This document shows positions 1-9,307 of a DNA stretch of 42,765 nt, one piece after another. Source of the stretch: Candidatus Tenderia sp. (GTDB taxonomy: Bacteria; Pseudomonadota; Gammaproteobacteria; Tenderiales; Tenderiaceae). How positions within the stretch are numbered: position 1 is the stretch's first letter; every line of letters starts with the position of its first letter. Position numbers and translations under genes: made by a program. The stretch covers positions 1 to 42,765 of the forward strand of contig JAYUTP010000003.1 of assembly GCA_043755075.1 (NCBI GenBank), given 5' to 3'. The notes below the pieces were generated by a model. It saw nothing but the letters and a program-made list of their open reading frames with translations. It was not told the DNA's origin and did not search any database.

Positions 1-294
1 ATCAACAACAGCGGCTACGGCCTGACACTCGGGATTCATAGTCGCATCAACAGCACCATCGACTACATCACCCAGCACAGCCGCTGCGGCAATACCTACG
101 TCAACCGCAACATGATCGGCGCAGTGGTGGGATCACAACCCTTCGGCGGCGAAGGACTCTCCGGCACTGGCCCCAAGGCGGGCGGGCCACACTACCTGCA
201 ACGCTTTGCAACGGAGCGGGTGGTGACGGTTAATACGGCCGCAGTGGGCGGTAATGCCGCGCTGTTATCCTTGGGTGGGGATGAACACAACTGA
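1..294 (+). CDS. putA: Bifunctional proline dehydrogenase/P5C dehydrogenase, C-terminal part (cut by the window edge)
   Basis: Frame 1 is open from base 1: INNSGYGLTLGIHSRI...GNTYVNRNMIGAVVGSQPFGGEGLSGTGPKAGGPHYLQRF, the PutA aldehyde-dehydrogenase C-terminus. Confidence 0.95.
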   Translation: MNNSGYGLTLGIHSRINSTIDYITQHSRCGNTYVNRNMIGAVVGSQPFGGEGLSGTGPKAGGPHYLQRFATERVVTVNTAAVGGNAALLSLGGDEHN

Positions 295-392
295 GGAAAA
301 GCACATCTGCCCACCCCATCAATACTTCATAATATAGCTTGCAAGCATCAATTAACAATTTGATTATAAAGAAATAAGTAACATACAATAGC

Positions 393-479
393 CTGCGCCA
401 GCAGCACGCCCAGTCGAAACTGGCAGACCTCCACGCCTGGCTCCAGGACACCCGGCGCACTACCGCCCCCGGCAGCGCC
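393..479 (+). pseudogene. Probable IS66-family transposase (TnpC) fragment
   Basis: GC-rich patch in an AT-rich spacer. It translates as LRQQHAQSKLADLHAWLQDTRRTTAPGSA, resembling the IS66 segment before the A(I/L)xY..xxW motif. No start codon and no IS ends seen. Confidence 0.5.
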
Positions 480-828
480 GTGCCTGGCGCCCGTTCGACA
501 CTGGAGCGGATTGCCGGTGCCACCCCCGACATGCAGACATCATTCATCAGGGTTTCACCCGTCACAACGCCACCTATTGGGTTGGTGCCAATGCTAGCAA
601 TATGTCTGGCAACATTAATTAAGATTACTTAACATATGAAGATATATTAATATTATTTTCCGATGGTGGAAAATGTAAGACTCGCTACAAACGATCAGGT
701 AAGGGTATTACAGTGCTTGGCTGGGCGAAGAGTAGGTAGAACGCAGTTTTTCCGAAAAAGCAGTTAAACGCTAGAGTAATGCGAGGCTTTTTTGGGTTGT
801 TTAGGGCTTCTTTAATGGGTGAGCAAGC

Positions 829-1821
829 ATGAAATACCGTTTAGCAATGCATTGCAAACTAGCTTCATTGTTGCTGGCCCCGCTGTTTTTAACCCCAGCG
901 GCTGTCCACGCTGAGTTCGTCCTCAACTTCCAGCCCCAGCTCACCCGCCTAGGCGACCCGGAATGGCTGAACTTCAACTGTAATCGGCCGCGTACTCCCG
1001 GCAGCGGTTTTGAAGGCTGCGACGAGAACGATGAATTCCGCGACAAGAATGGCCTCGACACCACCGCCTTCCTGATGGAACGGGTCCGCGACTCGGTCAC
1101 AGGCGAACAGTACTACCACACCATCATCGGCCTGCCGGGTGATTCCTTCGTTCAGGAAACCTACATCAAGATAGTACGTTTCAATCCCAAGGACGGCGTT
1201 TTTAGCTCGATACCCCAAGAAGACGTGGACGACGCTGGCGCGATATCCGACAGCTTGGGTAACTGGACAGACATTACAGAGAAGCCCGCGCTCGGGACCG
1301 TCAACGTCAACAACGCCTACGACCCACTCGGCAAAGCCTCTTTCTCCGGCAGCGGCACCGCCAACCCCAAGAGCACCCAGTTCCGCCAGGTGATCGATAG
1401 CAATGGCGTCTATCAGGAGATCACCAAGGCCAGCTTCAACAAAAAACACCGCATCGTCCAGAACATAGACAACAGCGGACTCGTTGGTAAATTCGACTTG
1501 GATATGACCAACAGCACCTTTGATCAAGCCAACATTGCCGGCATCATGAACAAAAACGAGCAGTCCATCACCAGCGGCGGCAAATTAATCAGCACCTTTG
1601 ACATCAATAATATACCCACCAATGGCAACAGCAATGTCAATATCTCCGGCGGAAAATACAAGTACGTCCAGAAATACACCACCTCCATGACGGGCAGCAA
1701 CTTCCAAAACGAGTACGAAGGCGCAGGTGCCGGCTACAACATCTGGCTAGAGGACTGGAAGGCCTGGCGTGTCCCATCGCAGAACGTTGGACATTTGTAT
1801 GGTCCTCAAAAAAATAATTGA
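829..1821 (+). CDS. Secreted protein of unknown function (330 aa)
   Basis: Long ORF with a Sec signal ending in AVHA/EF. Mature part is N/S/G/T-rich with one Cys pair. No recognisable domain. The start could also be the second Met (MHCKL). Confidence 0.8.
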   Translation: MKYRLAMHCKLASLLLAPLFLTPAAVHAEFVLNFQPQLTRLGDPEWLNFNCNRPRTPGSGFEGCDENDEFRDKNGLDTTAFLMERVRDSVTGEQYYHTIIGLPGDSFVQETYIKIVRFNPKDGVFSSIPQEDVDDAGAISDSLGNWTDITEKPALGTVNVNNAYDPLGKASFSGSGTANPKSTQFRQVIDSNGVYQEITKASFNKKHRIVQNIDNSGLVGKFDLDMTNSTFDQANIAGIMNKNEQSITSGGKLISTFDINNIPTNGNSNVNISGGKYKYVQKYTTSMTGSNFQNEYEGAGAGYNIWLEDWKAWRVPSQNVGHLYGPQKNN

Positions 1822-1939
1822 TGGGTGTGATACTACTATTACCCCATTAGAACGGTTATTTTCCGCGCCTGATTTGATAATGGATTGCTCAATCACGCGC
1901 ACTGGCACTGTGCTGACAACTTTTAAAGAGTAGACAAAC

Positions 1940-3715
1940 ATGCGTTGCAAAACCTCACTATCCATCACCTGCCTAGTGGCATTTACCCTGATAAGCGGCC
2001 CGGTGCAAGCGCTGGTCACCAGCGCCACCACACCCACCAGTACAATTACGCAGCTGACCGATTACGCCTCCACCCGCGGGACACATGCATCCACCGCCCC
2101 CGACATCTCCAAGGATGGCTCTACCATCGTCTTCAACTCGACTGCTGATCTGGTGCCTGGGGGCAATCCGAACAACCTCGAAAACATCTACATAATGAAG
2201 AGCGATGGCAGCGGACTGCGCCAGCTTACCGCCGCCATCGCCCCCACCTCCCCCGTAGAACATACCGCCTATTACCGCACCACCACCCCACCACGCCTCT
2301 CGGCCAATGGCAAGGTGGTGGTTTTTGCATCCTATTTTGACCTGACCGGCAAGAATCCACCGGAATATATTTCCGATCCGCTCCACTACCTCCCCAACTA
2401 TCAGCTCTTCATCATCAACAGTGATGGCACCAACCTCAGACAACTGACTCGTGGCACGGGCGGACACTCAATCTCGCCACGTATCTCCAACGACGGTAGC
2501 ACCATCGTCTTTGAATCGACCCATGATCTTGTTGTCGGTAGCAATAGTCTCGTCAATACCCGAGGTAATCACGTCAAGCAGATCTTCGTCATCCGTGCTA
2601 ACGGCACCGGCCTGACCCAAATCACCAACGGTGGACCACAACCGACAGGCAGAAACATTCGCGATGATGAATCACGCAACGTATCCATCTCCGGTGACGG
2701 TACGACCGTGGCGTTTGACTCTTTCAACGACCTGCTGCCACCGAAGAACGACGACTGGAGTAACGAGATATTTGTCTTTGATCTGGCCAAATACTGGAGT
2801 GACCGAGCCACCAACATCATCAATGGCCTGACCCACTATACCGTGCAGGTCACCGACACCGATGTCGATGCGCCATTCCATATCCGCGCCGAAGACGCCT
2901 TCGAACCGAGCCTCTCGTATGACGGAAAAAAAGTCACTTTTTCAGGCTGCATCAACCCCTACGGCGAAGGTATCAAAAACCCAGACAGAACAATCCTGGG
3001 CGACAATCCTTTCCTGACCGACGTCATTTTTGTGGCCAATAGCGACGGCAGCGGGCTGCTGCGCCAGCTCACCTTTAGCGATGATCCCAATGCCTACACC
3101 GGCACGAACTGGAGGAATATCGATGACGATGCCCATTGGCCAGAGATCAGCGCCGACGGCAGCAAGATCGTCTTTGGCAGCCGCTCCAGAGCCGACCTCG
3201 CCGCCCCCAAACCAGGCTCGCCACGACTTTACGAAATCGCCATGATCGACCTCAAGGCGCCACTGGACCGCAATGGCCGCCCAGTGGTAGAACAAATCAC
3301 CAGCTCCCCCAGGTTAGGGGTGATGCAGCTAACCTTCGGCGGCACCGACGGTGCCCGGCTTCGCCCCAGTATCAATGCCGATGCCAGCCTGATAACCCTG
3401 CGTACAACGTCCGACTTTACTGGCGGCAATGTGGATAAAAACAGCGAGATCTTTTTGATCAAACCATTGGTGGCTGATAAAACTACTACAGACGATGACA
3501 CTACCACCGCTGCGACGAACGATAACGCCACCACCAGCGTCACCACCCAGCAGAACAGCGATAGCACAACCACTGAAACTAGCGCTGTCAACAATCAAGG
3601 CAGCGCAAGCAAGGCCAGTAGCACTACAACAGGCGGCGGTGCGTTTGGTTTAATCGAGTTGCTCTTCAGTATGGGCGCGCTTGGCAGCTTAATCCTGCGC
3701 CGCCGTTCAGCTTAA
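1940..3715 (+). CDS. TolB-like (PD40-repeat) beta-propeller surface protein with GlyGly-CTERM sorting signal
   Basis: Signal peptide ending VQA. Seven P-x-I-S-x-D-G-x-x-I-V-F-x-S-type repeats and several DGxxLRQLT repeats. Thr/Ser-rich linker, then GGGAFG + hydrophobic helix + RRR at the C-terminus. Confidence 0.88.
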   Translation: MRCKTSLSITCLVAFTLISGPVQALVTSATTPTSTITQLTDYASTRGTHASTAPDISKDGSTIVFNSTADLVPGGNPNNLENIYIMKSDGSGLRQLTAAIAPTSPVEHTAYYRTTTPPRLSANGKVVVFASYFDLTGKNPPEYISDPLHYLPNYQLFIINSDGTNLRQLTRGTGGHSISPRISNDGSTIVFESTHDLVVGSNSLVNTRGNHVKQIFVIRANGTGLTQITNGGPQPTGRNIRDDESRNVSISGDGTTVAFDSFNDLLPPKNDDWSNEIFVFDLAKYWSDRATNIINGLTHYTVQVTDTDVDAPFHIRAEDAFEPSLSYDGKKVTFSGCINPYGEGIKNPDRTILGDNPFLTDVIFVANSDGSGLLRQLTFSDDPNAYTGTNWRNIDDDAHWPEISADGSKIVFGSRSRADLAAPKPGSPRLYEIAMIDLKAPLDRNGRPVVEQITSSPRLGVMQLTFGGTDGARLRPSINADASLITLRTTSDFTGGNVDKNSEIFLIKPLVADKTTTDDDTTTAATNDNATTSVTTQQNSDSTTTETSAVNNQGSASKASSTTTGGGAFGLIELLFSMGALGSLILRRRSA

Positions 3716-3726
3716 TCATGCTAAAA

Positions 3727-3754
3727 AGGGGGTCAAGCCTTGCGCTAGCCCCCT
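3727..3754. terminator. Stem-loop between the propeller and haloperoxidase genes
   Basis: AGGGGG...CCCCCT stem with inner AGC/GCT pairs. A-run on the left and only a weak U tract on the plus strand. Confidence 0.45.
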
Positions 3755-3793
3755 CTGTCTGTTTATGCGCCACAGCAAATATAAGTAGTAGTT

Positions 3794-5761
3794 ATGAAGA
3801 TTAATCGCCGCATCGCACATAAACTGGCGGTGCTTTGCCTACCACCCTTCCTACTGTTAAGCGGCTGCTCTTCAAATAACACCGCGCAGACCGACGGACA
3901 CTCCGTTGCCCGCCAATGGAATGAGGCGCTCTTAGCGGCGATCCGTGTGGACTATGCCCGCCCTACAGTTCATTCCCGCAATCTCTTCCACACCTCCGCG
4001 GTCATGTATGACGCTTGGACGGTGTTCGACAAAGTCGCCCACCCCTATCTGCTCGGCAAAAGCGTTAATGGTTATAACTGCGCCTTCACCGGCTTTACCC
4101 CAACCACAGAGGTAACGTCCACCCGCAAGGAGGCGATCAGTTATGCCGCCTATCGGCTGCTGTCACATCGGTTCAAGAACTCCCCGGCGGCAACTGCGTC
4201 GCAATCCCGCTTCGACACGCTGTTATCAGATCTTGGCTATGACGCCACCCTCACATCAACCGACTATTCAGACGGCTCCGCCGCCGCATTAGGCAACCAT
4301 ATTGCAGCGTGCATGATCAGCTATGGCCTGCAGGATGGCTCCAATGAGGGCAATCTCTATGCCAGCGTTTCATACCAACCATTAAACCCGCCACTTGTAC
4401 CGACACTGCCCGGCAATCCAGACATTATCGACCTCAATCGCTGGCAGCCGTTGAATATGGACACCTTTATTGATCAATCGGGAAATCTTATTCCTGACGC
4501 TGTCCCCCACTTCCTCGGCCCCGAATGGGGGCGCGTCGCGCCATTTTCGCTCACCGCCGCCGATCGCAATATCTATCAACGCGACGGTGTCGATTATAGG
4601 GTCTACAACGATCCGGGCGCCCCACCGTACATTGACATCGTTAATGGCGGCGCCTCCGCCGAAGAGTACAAATGGAATTTCTCTCTGGTATCGGCCTGGT
4701 CCTCCCACCTAGATCCAAGCGATGGGGTGATGTGGGATATCTCCCCCGCTGCCCTGGGGAACAACCAAAGCCTGCCGCAAACACTGGCCGAATATCAAAA
4801 TTTTTACAATCTGCGCGACGGCGGGGACTCCGGCACCGGGCACCCCCTCAACCCCTACACCGGCAAACCCTATGCACCCAACGTGGTCCCGCGCGGCGAC
4901 TATACCCGGGTGTTGGCCGAGTTCTGGGCCGATGGCCCCGCCTCTGAAACTCCGCCTGGCCACTGGTTTTCGATACTCAATCATGTCAGCGACCAGCCTG
5001 AGCTGAAAAAGCGTTTTCGTGGCCAGGGGCCGGTGCTAAATAGTTTGGAGTGGGACGTCAAAGGCTACTTCGCCTTGGGCGGTGCCGTTCATGACGCCGC
5101 CATCTCAGCCTGGGGCATCAAGGGCTGGTACGATTATGTACGGCCAATTTCTGCAATACGGGCGATGGCGGCACGTGGCCAAGGCTCTGGTCCACTGCTC
5201 CCCGGCTACTCTGTTGCCGGCCTACCACTGATTCCCGGCTTGATTGAGCGCGTGCTCCCTAGCGATCCGCTGGCGCTGACGGGCGACGCCAATAATATCG
5301 GTAAGATTAAGCTCTATGCCTGGCGCGGCACGACATTCGTCCCCGATCCCGCAATCTATATTGCCGGCGTTAACTGGATACTGGCGGAAAACTGGGTCCC
5401 CTATCAACGCCCCTCGTTTGTGACGCCGCCCTTTGCTGGTTACGTCTCAGGCCACTCGACCTTCTCGCGCGCCGCCGCTGAGGTGCTGACCTTGCTCACG
5501 GGTGACGAATATTTCCCTGGCGGTCTGGTCGAATTCAAAGCACCCAAAACTTCATTCCTTGTTTTTGAAGCAGGCCCCAGCGTTGATGTCACCTTGCAGT
5601 GGGCAACCTACCACGACGCCTCGGATCAAACCAGCCTGTCACGTATCTGGGGCGGCATTCACCCGCCCGCCGACGATATCCCTGGCCGCATTATTGGGGA
5701 GAAGGTTGGCGTTGCCGCCTTTAACCGGGCCGAAAGCTACTTCACCGGCACAGGGCAATAA
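3794..5761 (+). CDS. Vanadium-dependent haloperoxidase-family lipoprotein (PAP2 superfamily)
   Basis: Lipobox LSG-C25. The three vanadate-site motifs are present: KGWYDYVRP (Kx6RP), TPPFAGYVSGHSTF and SRIWGGIHP. Confidence 0.88.
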   Translation: MKINRRIAHKLAVLCLPPFLLLSGCSSNNTAQTDGHSVARQWNEALLAAIRVDYARPTVHSRNLFHTSAVMYDAWTVFDKVAHPYLLGKSVNGYNCAFTGFTPTTEVTSTRKEAISYAAYRLLSHRFKNSPAATASQSRFDTLLSDLGYDATLTSTDYSDGSAAALGNHIAACMISYGLQDGSNEGNLYASVSYQPLNPPLVPTLPGNPDIIDLNRWQPLNMDTFIDQSGNLIPDAVPHFLGPEWGRVAPFSLTAADRNIYQRDGVDYRVYNDPGAPPYIDIVNGGASAEEYKWNFSLVSAWSSHLDPSDGVMWDISPAALGNNQSLPQTLAEYQNFYNLRDGGDSGTGHPLNPYTGKPYAPNVVPRGDYTRVLAEFWADGPASETPPGHWFSILNHVSDQPELKKRFRGQGPVLNSLEWDVKGYFALGGAVHDAAISAWGIKGWYDYVRPISAIRAMAARGQGSGPLLPGYSVAGLPLIPGLIERVLPSDPLALTGDANNIGKIKLYAWRGTTFVPDPAIYIAGVNWILAENWVPYQRPSFVTPPFAGYVSGHSTFSRAAAEVLTLLTGDEYFPGGLVEFKAPKTSFLVFEAGPSVDVTLQWATYHDASDQTSLSRIWGGIHPPADDIPGRIIGEKVGVAAFNRAESYFTGTGQ

Positions 5762-5800
5762 TGAGCGAAGTTAACGGGTAGCCGTGTTACTTCAGCATAG

Positions 5801-5830
5801 CGGGTGATTGCAGCTCGCCGATTGTTTTTT
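5801..5830 (+). terminator. Possible intrinsic terminator between the convergent haloperoxidase and rnhB genes
   Basis: Short imperfect GC stem CGGGTGA/TCGCCG followed by TTGTTTTTTT. Confidence 0.4.
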
Positions 5831-5836
5831 GATCAT

Positions 5837-6427
5837 TTACACCAATCCCAGTACCCGCTTCACCGGCCCAAAGCTGCGCCGGTGAATCTCTGTTACGCCT
5901 AACTTTTGTAGCGCTTCGAGGTGCTCCTGGGTGGGGTAACCTTTGTGTTTGGCGAAGCCGTAACCGGGATAGCGGGCATCCATCTCCACCATCTCACGGT
6001 CGCGGGTCACCTTGGCAAGAATGGAGGCGGCGCTGATTGAAGGTTCACTCTGGTCGCCCTTAATGATCGCCTCCGCAGGGCAGCCAAAGTCAGGAGCGCG
6101 GTTACCATCCACCAGCACTTTATCAGGGGCGATTTTGAGCGCTGCAACGGCGCGTTGCATGGCGATCATGGTGGCTTGAAGGATATTGTGCTGGTCGATC
6201 TCTGCCACCTCACAACGGCCGATGGCCCAGGCCAGAGCCTTCGCCTTTATCTCGGGAAAGAGTGCTTCGCGTTTAGCCTCAGAAAGCGTCTTGGAGTCCA
6301 TCAGTCCGACGATGGGGTTATTGGGATCAAGGATCACGGCGGCGGTAACAACTGGCCCGGCAAGTGGGCCGCGACCGACTTCATCAACACCTGCGATCAG
6401 CGGTGTTGTTCGTTTTGTTGGTGACAT
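5837..6427 (-). CDS. rnhB: Ribonuclease HII
   Basis: [35 protein letters not shown] and HKGYPT motifs. Confidence 0.98.
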   Translation of the reverse strand: MSPTKRTTPLIAGVDEVGRGPLAGPVVTAAVILDPNNPIVGLMDSKTLSEAKREALFPEIKAKALAWAIGRCEVAEIDQHNILQATMIAMQRAVAALKIAPDKVLVDGNRAPDFGCPAEAIIKGDQSEPSISAASILAKVTRDREMVEMDARYPGYGFAKHKGYPTQEHLEALQKLGVTEIHRRSFGPVKRVLGLV

Positions 6428-6823
6428 CCATTACCCCTTATTCTGTTTTACAACTCCACGCCGATGCGGCGAGCCACTTTACCAGCTCGTCCGCTGGCAA
6501 TCCTTTAAGATAGCCAAGCGATGAGTAGCTGGTGCCAAATCAATGAGCGATAGATAACCTCATCGTCAGCCGAGTTGATGGCTAACAGCATGGCGAGCTG
6601 CTTTTCCATTGAAAACCGCTCGTAACAAGTGTCGTAAACCACAATTGCAGGTGGTCGCTATGTGCAACTCGCCCACGGGTAGAACCATCGTGTAATAGAT
6701 GTATCCTTGCCAGCGGCAGAGTCCGGATAGAGTTTTGAGTTGATCACTATCATGGCTATTTACTGAGGATTTTGATTTTCTGGCCGTTAGACGGCCATCA
6801 TTGCCGTAACAACCAACGCTAAT

Positions 6824-7150
6824 CTATTGTTTTTCTATGATATTACGTTTCTCTGGATAAAGTTGATAGATGTCCCATGTACCATTGGCACGGGAATAAT
6901 CGGCCAGCTTTTTATACTCTTCAAAACTGAGGGACTTCATGTCCTCACAACGCTTCAAAGAGTTCTCGTAATCCTCTGGATCGGCATTCACAAACTCTGA
7001 CGAAAGAAGAGCAGCCATGTCCACACAACGGGTCTTTGCCAATTGTTCATAACGCAACTGGTCATATTTCGGGTCATCTTTGTCGACACCGCAACCTGCT
7101 GCCAATACGGTGAATAAAGCGGCTATTGTGATCTTTGATTTTTGCATCAT
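6824..7150 (-). CDS. Small lipoprotein of unknown function (108 aa)
   Basis: Lipobox LAAG-C20. Start overlaps the lpxB stop (ATGA). Two RCxDM motifs. Confidence 0.75.
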   Translation of the reverse strand: MMQKSKITIAALFTVLAAGCGVDKDDPKYDQLRYEQLAKTRCVDMAALLSSEFVNADPEDYENSLKRCEDMKSLSFEEYKKLADYSRANGTWDIYQLYPEKRNIIEKQ

Positions 7151-8298
7151 CGGGTAATTTCCTGAGTAGTTTTCTGGATTAGACCCAGCACTGCTGTGGC
7201 GGCGCTGTTGCTAGCATCACGGCGCAACGTCTGGTGAATCTCATCAAACAGCTGACTGATAGTCGCGGCGTTGACCTTATCTTCGAGCAATTTGATGACT
7301 TCGGTGGCGATATTCGCTGCCGTGGCCTCTGCCTGCAACAGCTCCTTCACCACCTCACGCCCCGCCAGCACGTTGGGCAACGCGACGAAGGGCGACTTGA
7401 GCAGCAACTTGACCAGCAGGTAGCCCAGCGCCGAGAGTTTATATGTAACCACCATGGGGCGTTTCACCAACAGCGCCTCCAGCGTGGCCGTGCCAGAAGC
7501 CAGCACCACCACATCGGCGGCCGCCATCACCTCGCGGGAACGGCCATCCACCAGCGTCAACGCCGGGCTATTGCCCTGCTCGGCATAGATCTGCTCAAAG
7601 CGTTCACGAACCTTCGGCGACGCCATCGGCACCACAAACCGCACCGCAGGATGTTGCTGTTTAATCAAGGCGGCGGAGTCCAGCAGTAGTTCTGTCAGGC
7701 GATTAATCTCGGAGAGGCGACTACCGGGCAACAGCGCCACCACCACCTCATCTATGCCAATGCCCAACCCCTGACGCATCGCTGTTTGATCCACTTTGAG
7801 TGGAATCATATCGGCCAATGGGTGGCCGACAAAGGTGACCGGCACCTGATGTTTTTTATAAAACTCAGCTTCAAAAGGGAAGAGCGTCAGAACCATATCC
7901 ACCGAGCGGGCGATCTTCTTGATTCGATACTGGCGCCAAGCCCATACCGATGGGCTGACATAGTGAACAGCCTTAATCCCCTGATTTTTGAGTTTGCGCT
8001 CAATGGTGAGATTGAAGTCAGGGGCATCGATACCGATGAAAAGATCAGGTGGATTTTGACTAAAGTGCTCCACCATCTGGTTCTGAATGCCTTTTAGTTC
8101 GCGGTAGTGAACCAACGCTTCAAACCCCATCACCGCCAGTTTTTCAGCCGGGTGGAAGGCACAGCAACCAGCCTTGATCATGGCTGGCCCGGCGATCCCT
8201 TCAAATTTGACATCAGGGTGGCGTGCCTTGATCGCCTCGATCAAACCTGCGCCTAATAGATCTCCCGATGCCTCTCCCGCGATGATTCCGATCTTCAT
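7147..8298 (-). CDS. lpxB: Lipid-A-disaccharide synthase
   Basis: MKIGIIAGEASGDLLGA, GIDAPDFN, HYVSPSVWAWR, LLPGSR and SGTATLE motifs. Start trimmed to ATG 8298. Confidence 0.97.
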   Translation of the reverse strand: MKIGIIAGEASGDLLGAGLIEAIKARHPDVKFEGIAGPAMIKAGCCAFHPAEKLAVMGFEALVHYRELKGIQNQMVEHFSQNPPDLFIGIDAPDFNLTIERKLKNQGIKAVHYVSPSVWAWRQYRIKKIARSVDMVLTLFPFEAEFYKKHQVPVTFVGHPLADMIPLKVDQTAMRQGLGIGIDEVVVALLPGSRLSEINRLTELLLDSAALIKQQHPAVRFVVPMASPKVRERFEQIYAEQGNSPALTLVDGRSREVMAAADVVVLASGTATLEALLVKRPMVVTYKLSALGYLLVKLLLKSPFVALPNVLAGREVVKELLQAEATAANIATEVIKLLEDKVNAATISQLFDEIHQTLRRDASNSAATAVLGLIQKTTQEITR

Positions 8299-8316
8299 AT
8301 CAACCCATCCGCTCCA

Positions 8317-8354
8317 TAAAACAAAGGAGCATGGCCAGTAGGTAACCATGCTCC
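8317..8354 (-). terminator. Intrinsic terminator-like hairpin just upstream of lpxB
   Basis: Perfect 9-bp stem GGAGCATGG (8326-8334)/CCATGCTCC (8346-8354), followed on the minus strand by TTTGTTTT. Confidence 0.6.
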
Positions 8355-8377
8355 CTCGTTTATCGCCAATACTCTAA

Positions 8378-8519
8378 AGGGCATTTCTATAAGTCCGCTG
8401 AAGCCACAATGGCCGCGTTGGAAATGGGCTCAAAATGCTCATGTACTACGTGTACACTGCGCTTTTTCGCCCATTTCCGCCTCGCCCTCACGGCTTGATC
8501 TAATTTATAGAAGTGCCCT
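8378..8519. mobile_element. MITE-like palindromic element (142 bp)
   Basis: 15-bp terminal inverted repeats AGGGCATTTCTATAA / TTATAGAAGTGCCCT (14/15 match). Nested internal arms GGAAATGGGC/GCCCATTTCC and TGTAC/GTACA. Non-coding. Confidence 0.7.
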
Positions 8520-8522
8520 AAA

Positions 8523-9305
8523 TTAACGAACGATGCCACGCCCGGAGTTACGCACAAACTCAGCAAGTTGCACGACTGGCTCAAACTCATCCATTAGCGG
8601 TTTGAGCTGCTCCAACGCCTGCACGACCGTGAGACCGGAGCGATAGATAATCTTGTAAGATTTACGCAACGCCTTAATCGCCTCTGGCGTAAAACCACGG
8701 CGGCGCAGCCCTTCCAAGTTCAGCCCATGAGGTTCGGCAGGCTGCCCCGCAACCATCATAAAGGGAGGAACATCCTTCGCAATGGCGCTGCCCATACCCA
8801 CAAAACTATGGGCCCCCACCACACAAAACTGATGAATCAGGCTGGCACCCCCCAGGATCACATGATCCTCAATGATAACGTGACCCGCGAGCGTCGCGTT
8901 GTTGGCTAGAATGGTGCTATTGCCCACTTCACAGTCATGGGCAATATGAACATAAGCCATAATCCAGTTATCATTGCCAATCTTGGTCGTGCCCTTATCC
9001 TGCACGGTACCGCGATTAAAGGTGCAGTATTCACGTATCACATTACGATCACCAATCTCCAGCAGCGTTGGCTCACCGTTATATTTTTTATCCTGTGGAT
9101 CTTCGCCTATGGATGAGAATTGATAGAACTTGTTCTCTTTTCCAATACGACAAGGTCCATTAATCACCACATGGGGACCAATCCAAGTGCCTTCGCCAAT
9201 CTCAACGTCAGGGCCAATAACCGAGTACGGACCAATCGACACCCCCTCGGCGATGCGGGCTTTTGGATCGATGACAGCTCTGGAATCAATAACGGGAACA
9301 ATCAC
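8523..9305 (-). CDS. lpxA: UDP-N-acetylglucosamine O-acyltransferase
   Basis: Hexapeptide repeats, PQDKKY and HIAHDC motifs, located after fabZ. Start set at GTG 9305. Confidence 0.97.
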   Translation of the reverse strand: MIVPVIDSRAVIDPKARIAEGVSIGPYSVIGPDVEIGEGTWIGPHVVINGPCRIGKENKFYQFSSIGEDPQDKKYNGEPTLLEIGDRNVIREYCTFNRGTVQDKGTTKIGNDNWIMAYVHIAHDCEVGNSTILANNATLAGHVIIEDHVILGGASLIHQFCVVGAHSFVGMGSAIAKDVPPFMMVAGQPAEPHGLNLEGLRRRGFTPEAIKALRKSYKIIYRSGLTVVQALEQLKPLMDEFEPVVQLAEFVRNSGRGIVR

Positions 9306-9307
9306 GC

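Noticed and set aside
1876-1894. Fur box upstream of the propeller gene (GATAATGGATTGCTCAATC)
   Set aside because: Only 11/19 matches to the consensus, too weak to call.
1902-1917. Sigma54 promoter upstream of the propeller gene (TGGCAC...)
   Set aside because: The -12 position reads TGACA rather than TTGCW, so the invariant GC is missing.
3476-3630. Thr/Ser/Asp-rich low-complexity tract as a tandem DNA repeat
   Set aside because: Codons vary and there is no nucleotide periodicity beyond the reading frame. It is the usual linker before a GlyGly-CTERM.
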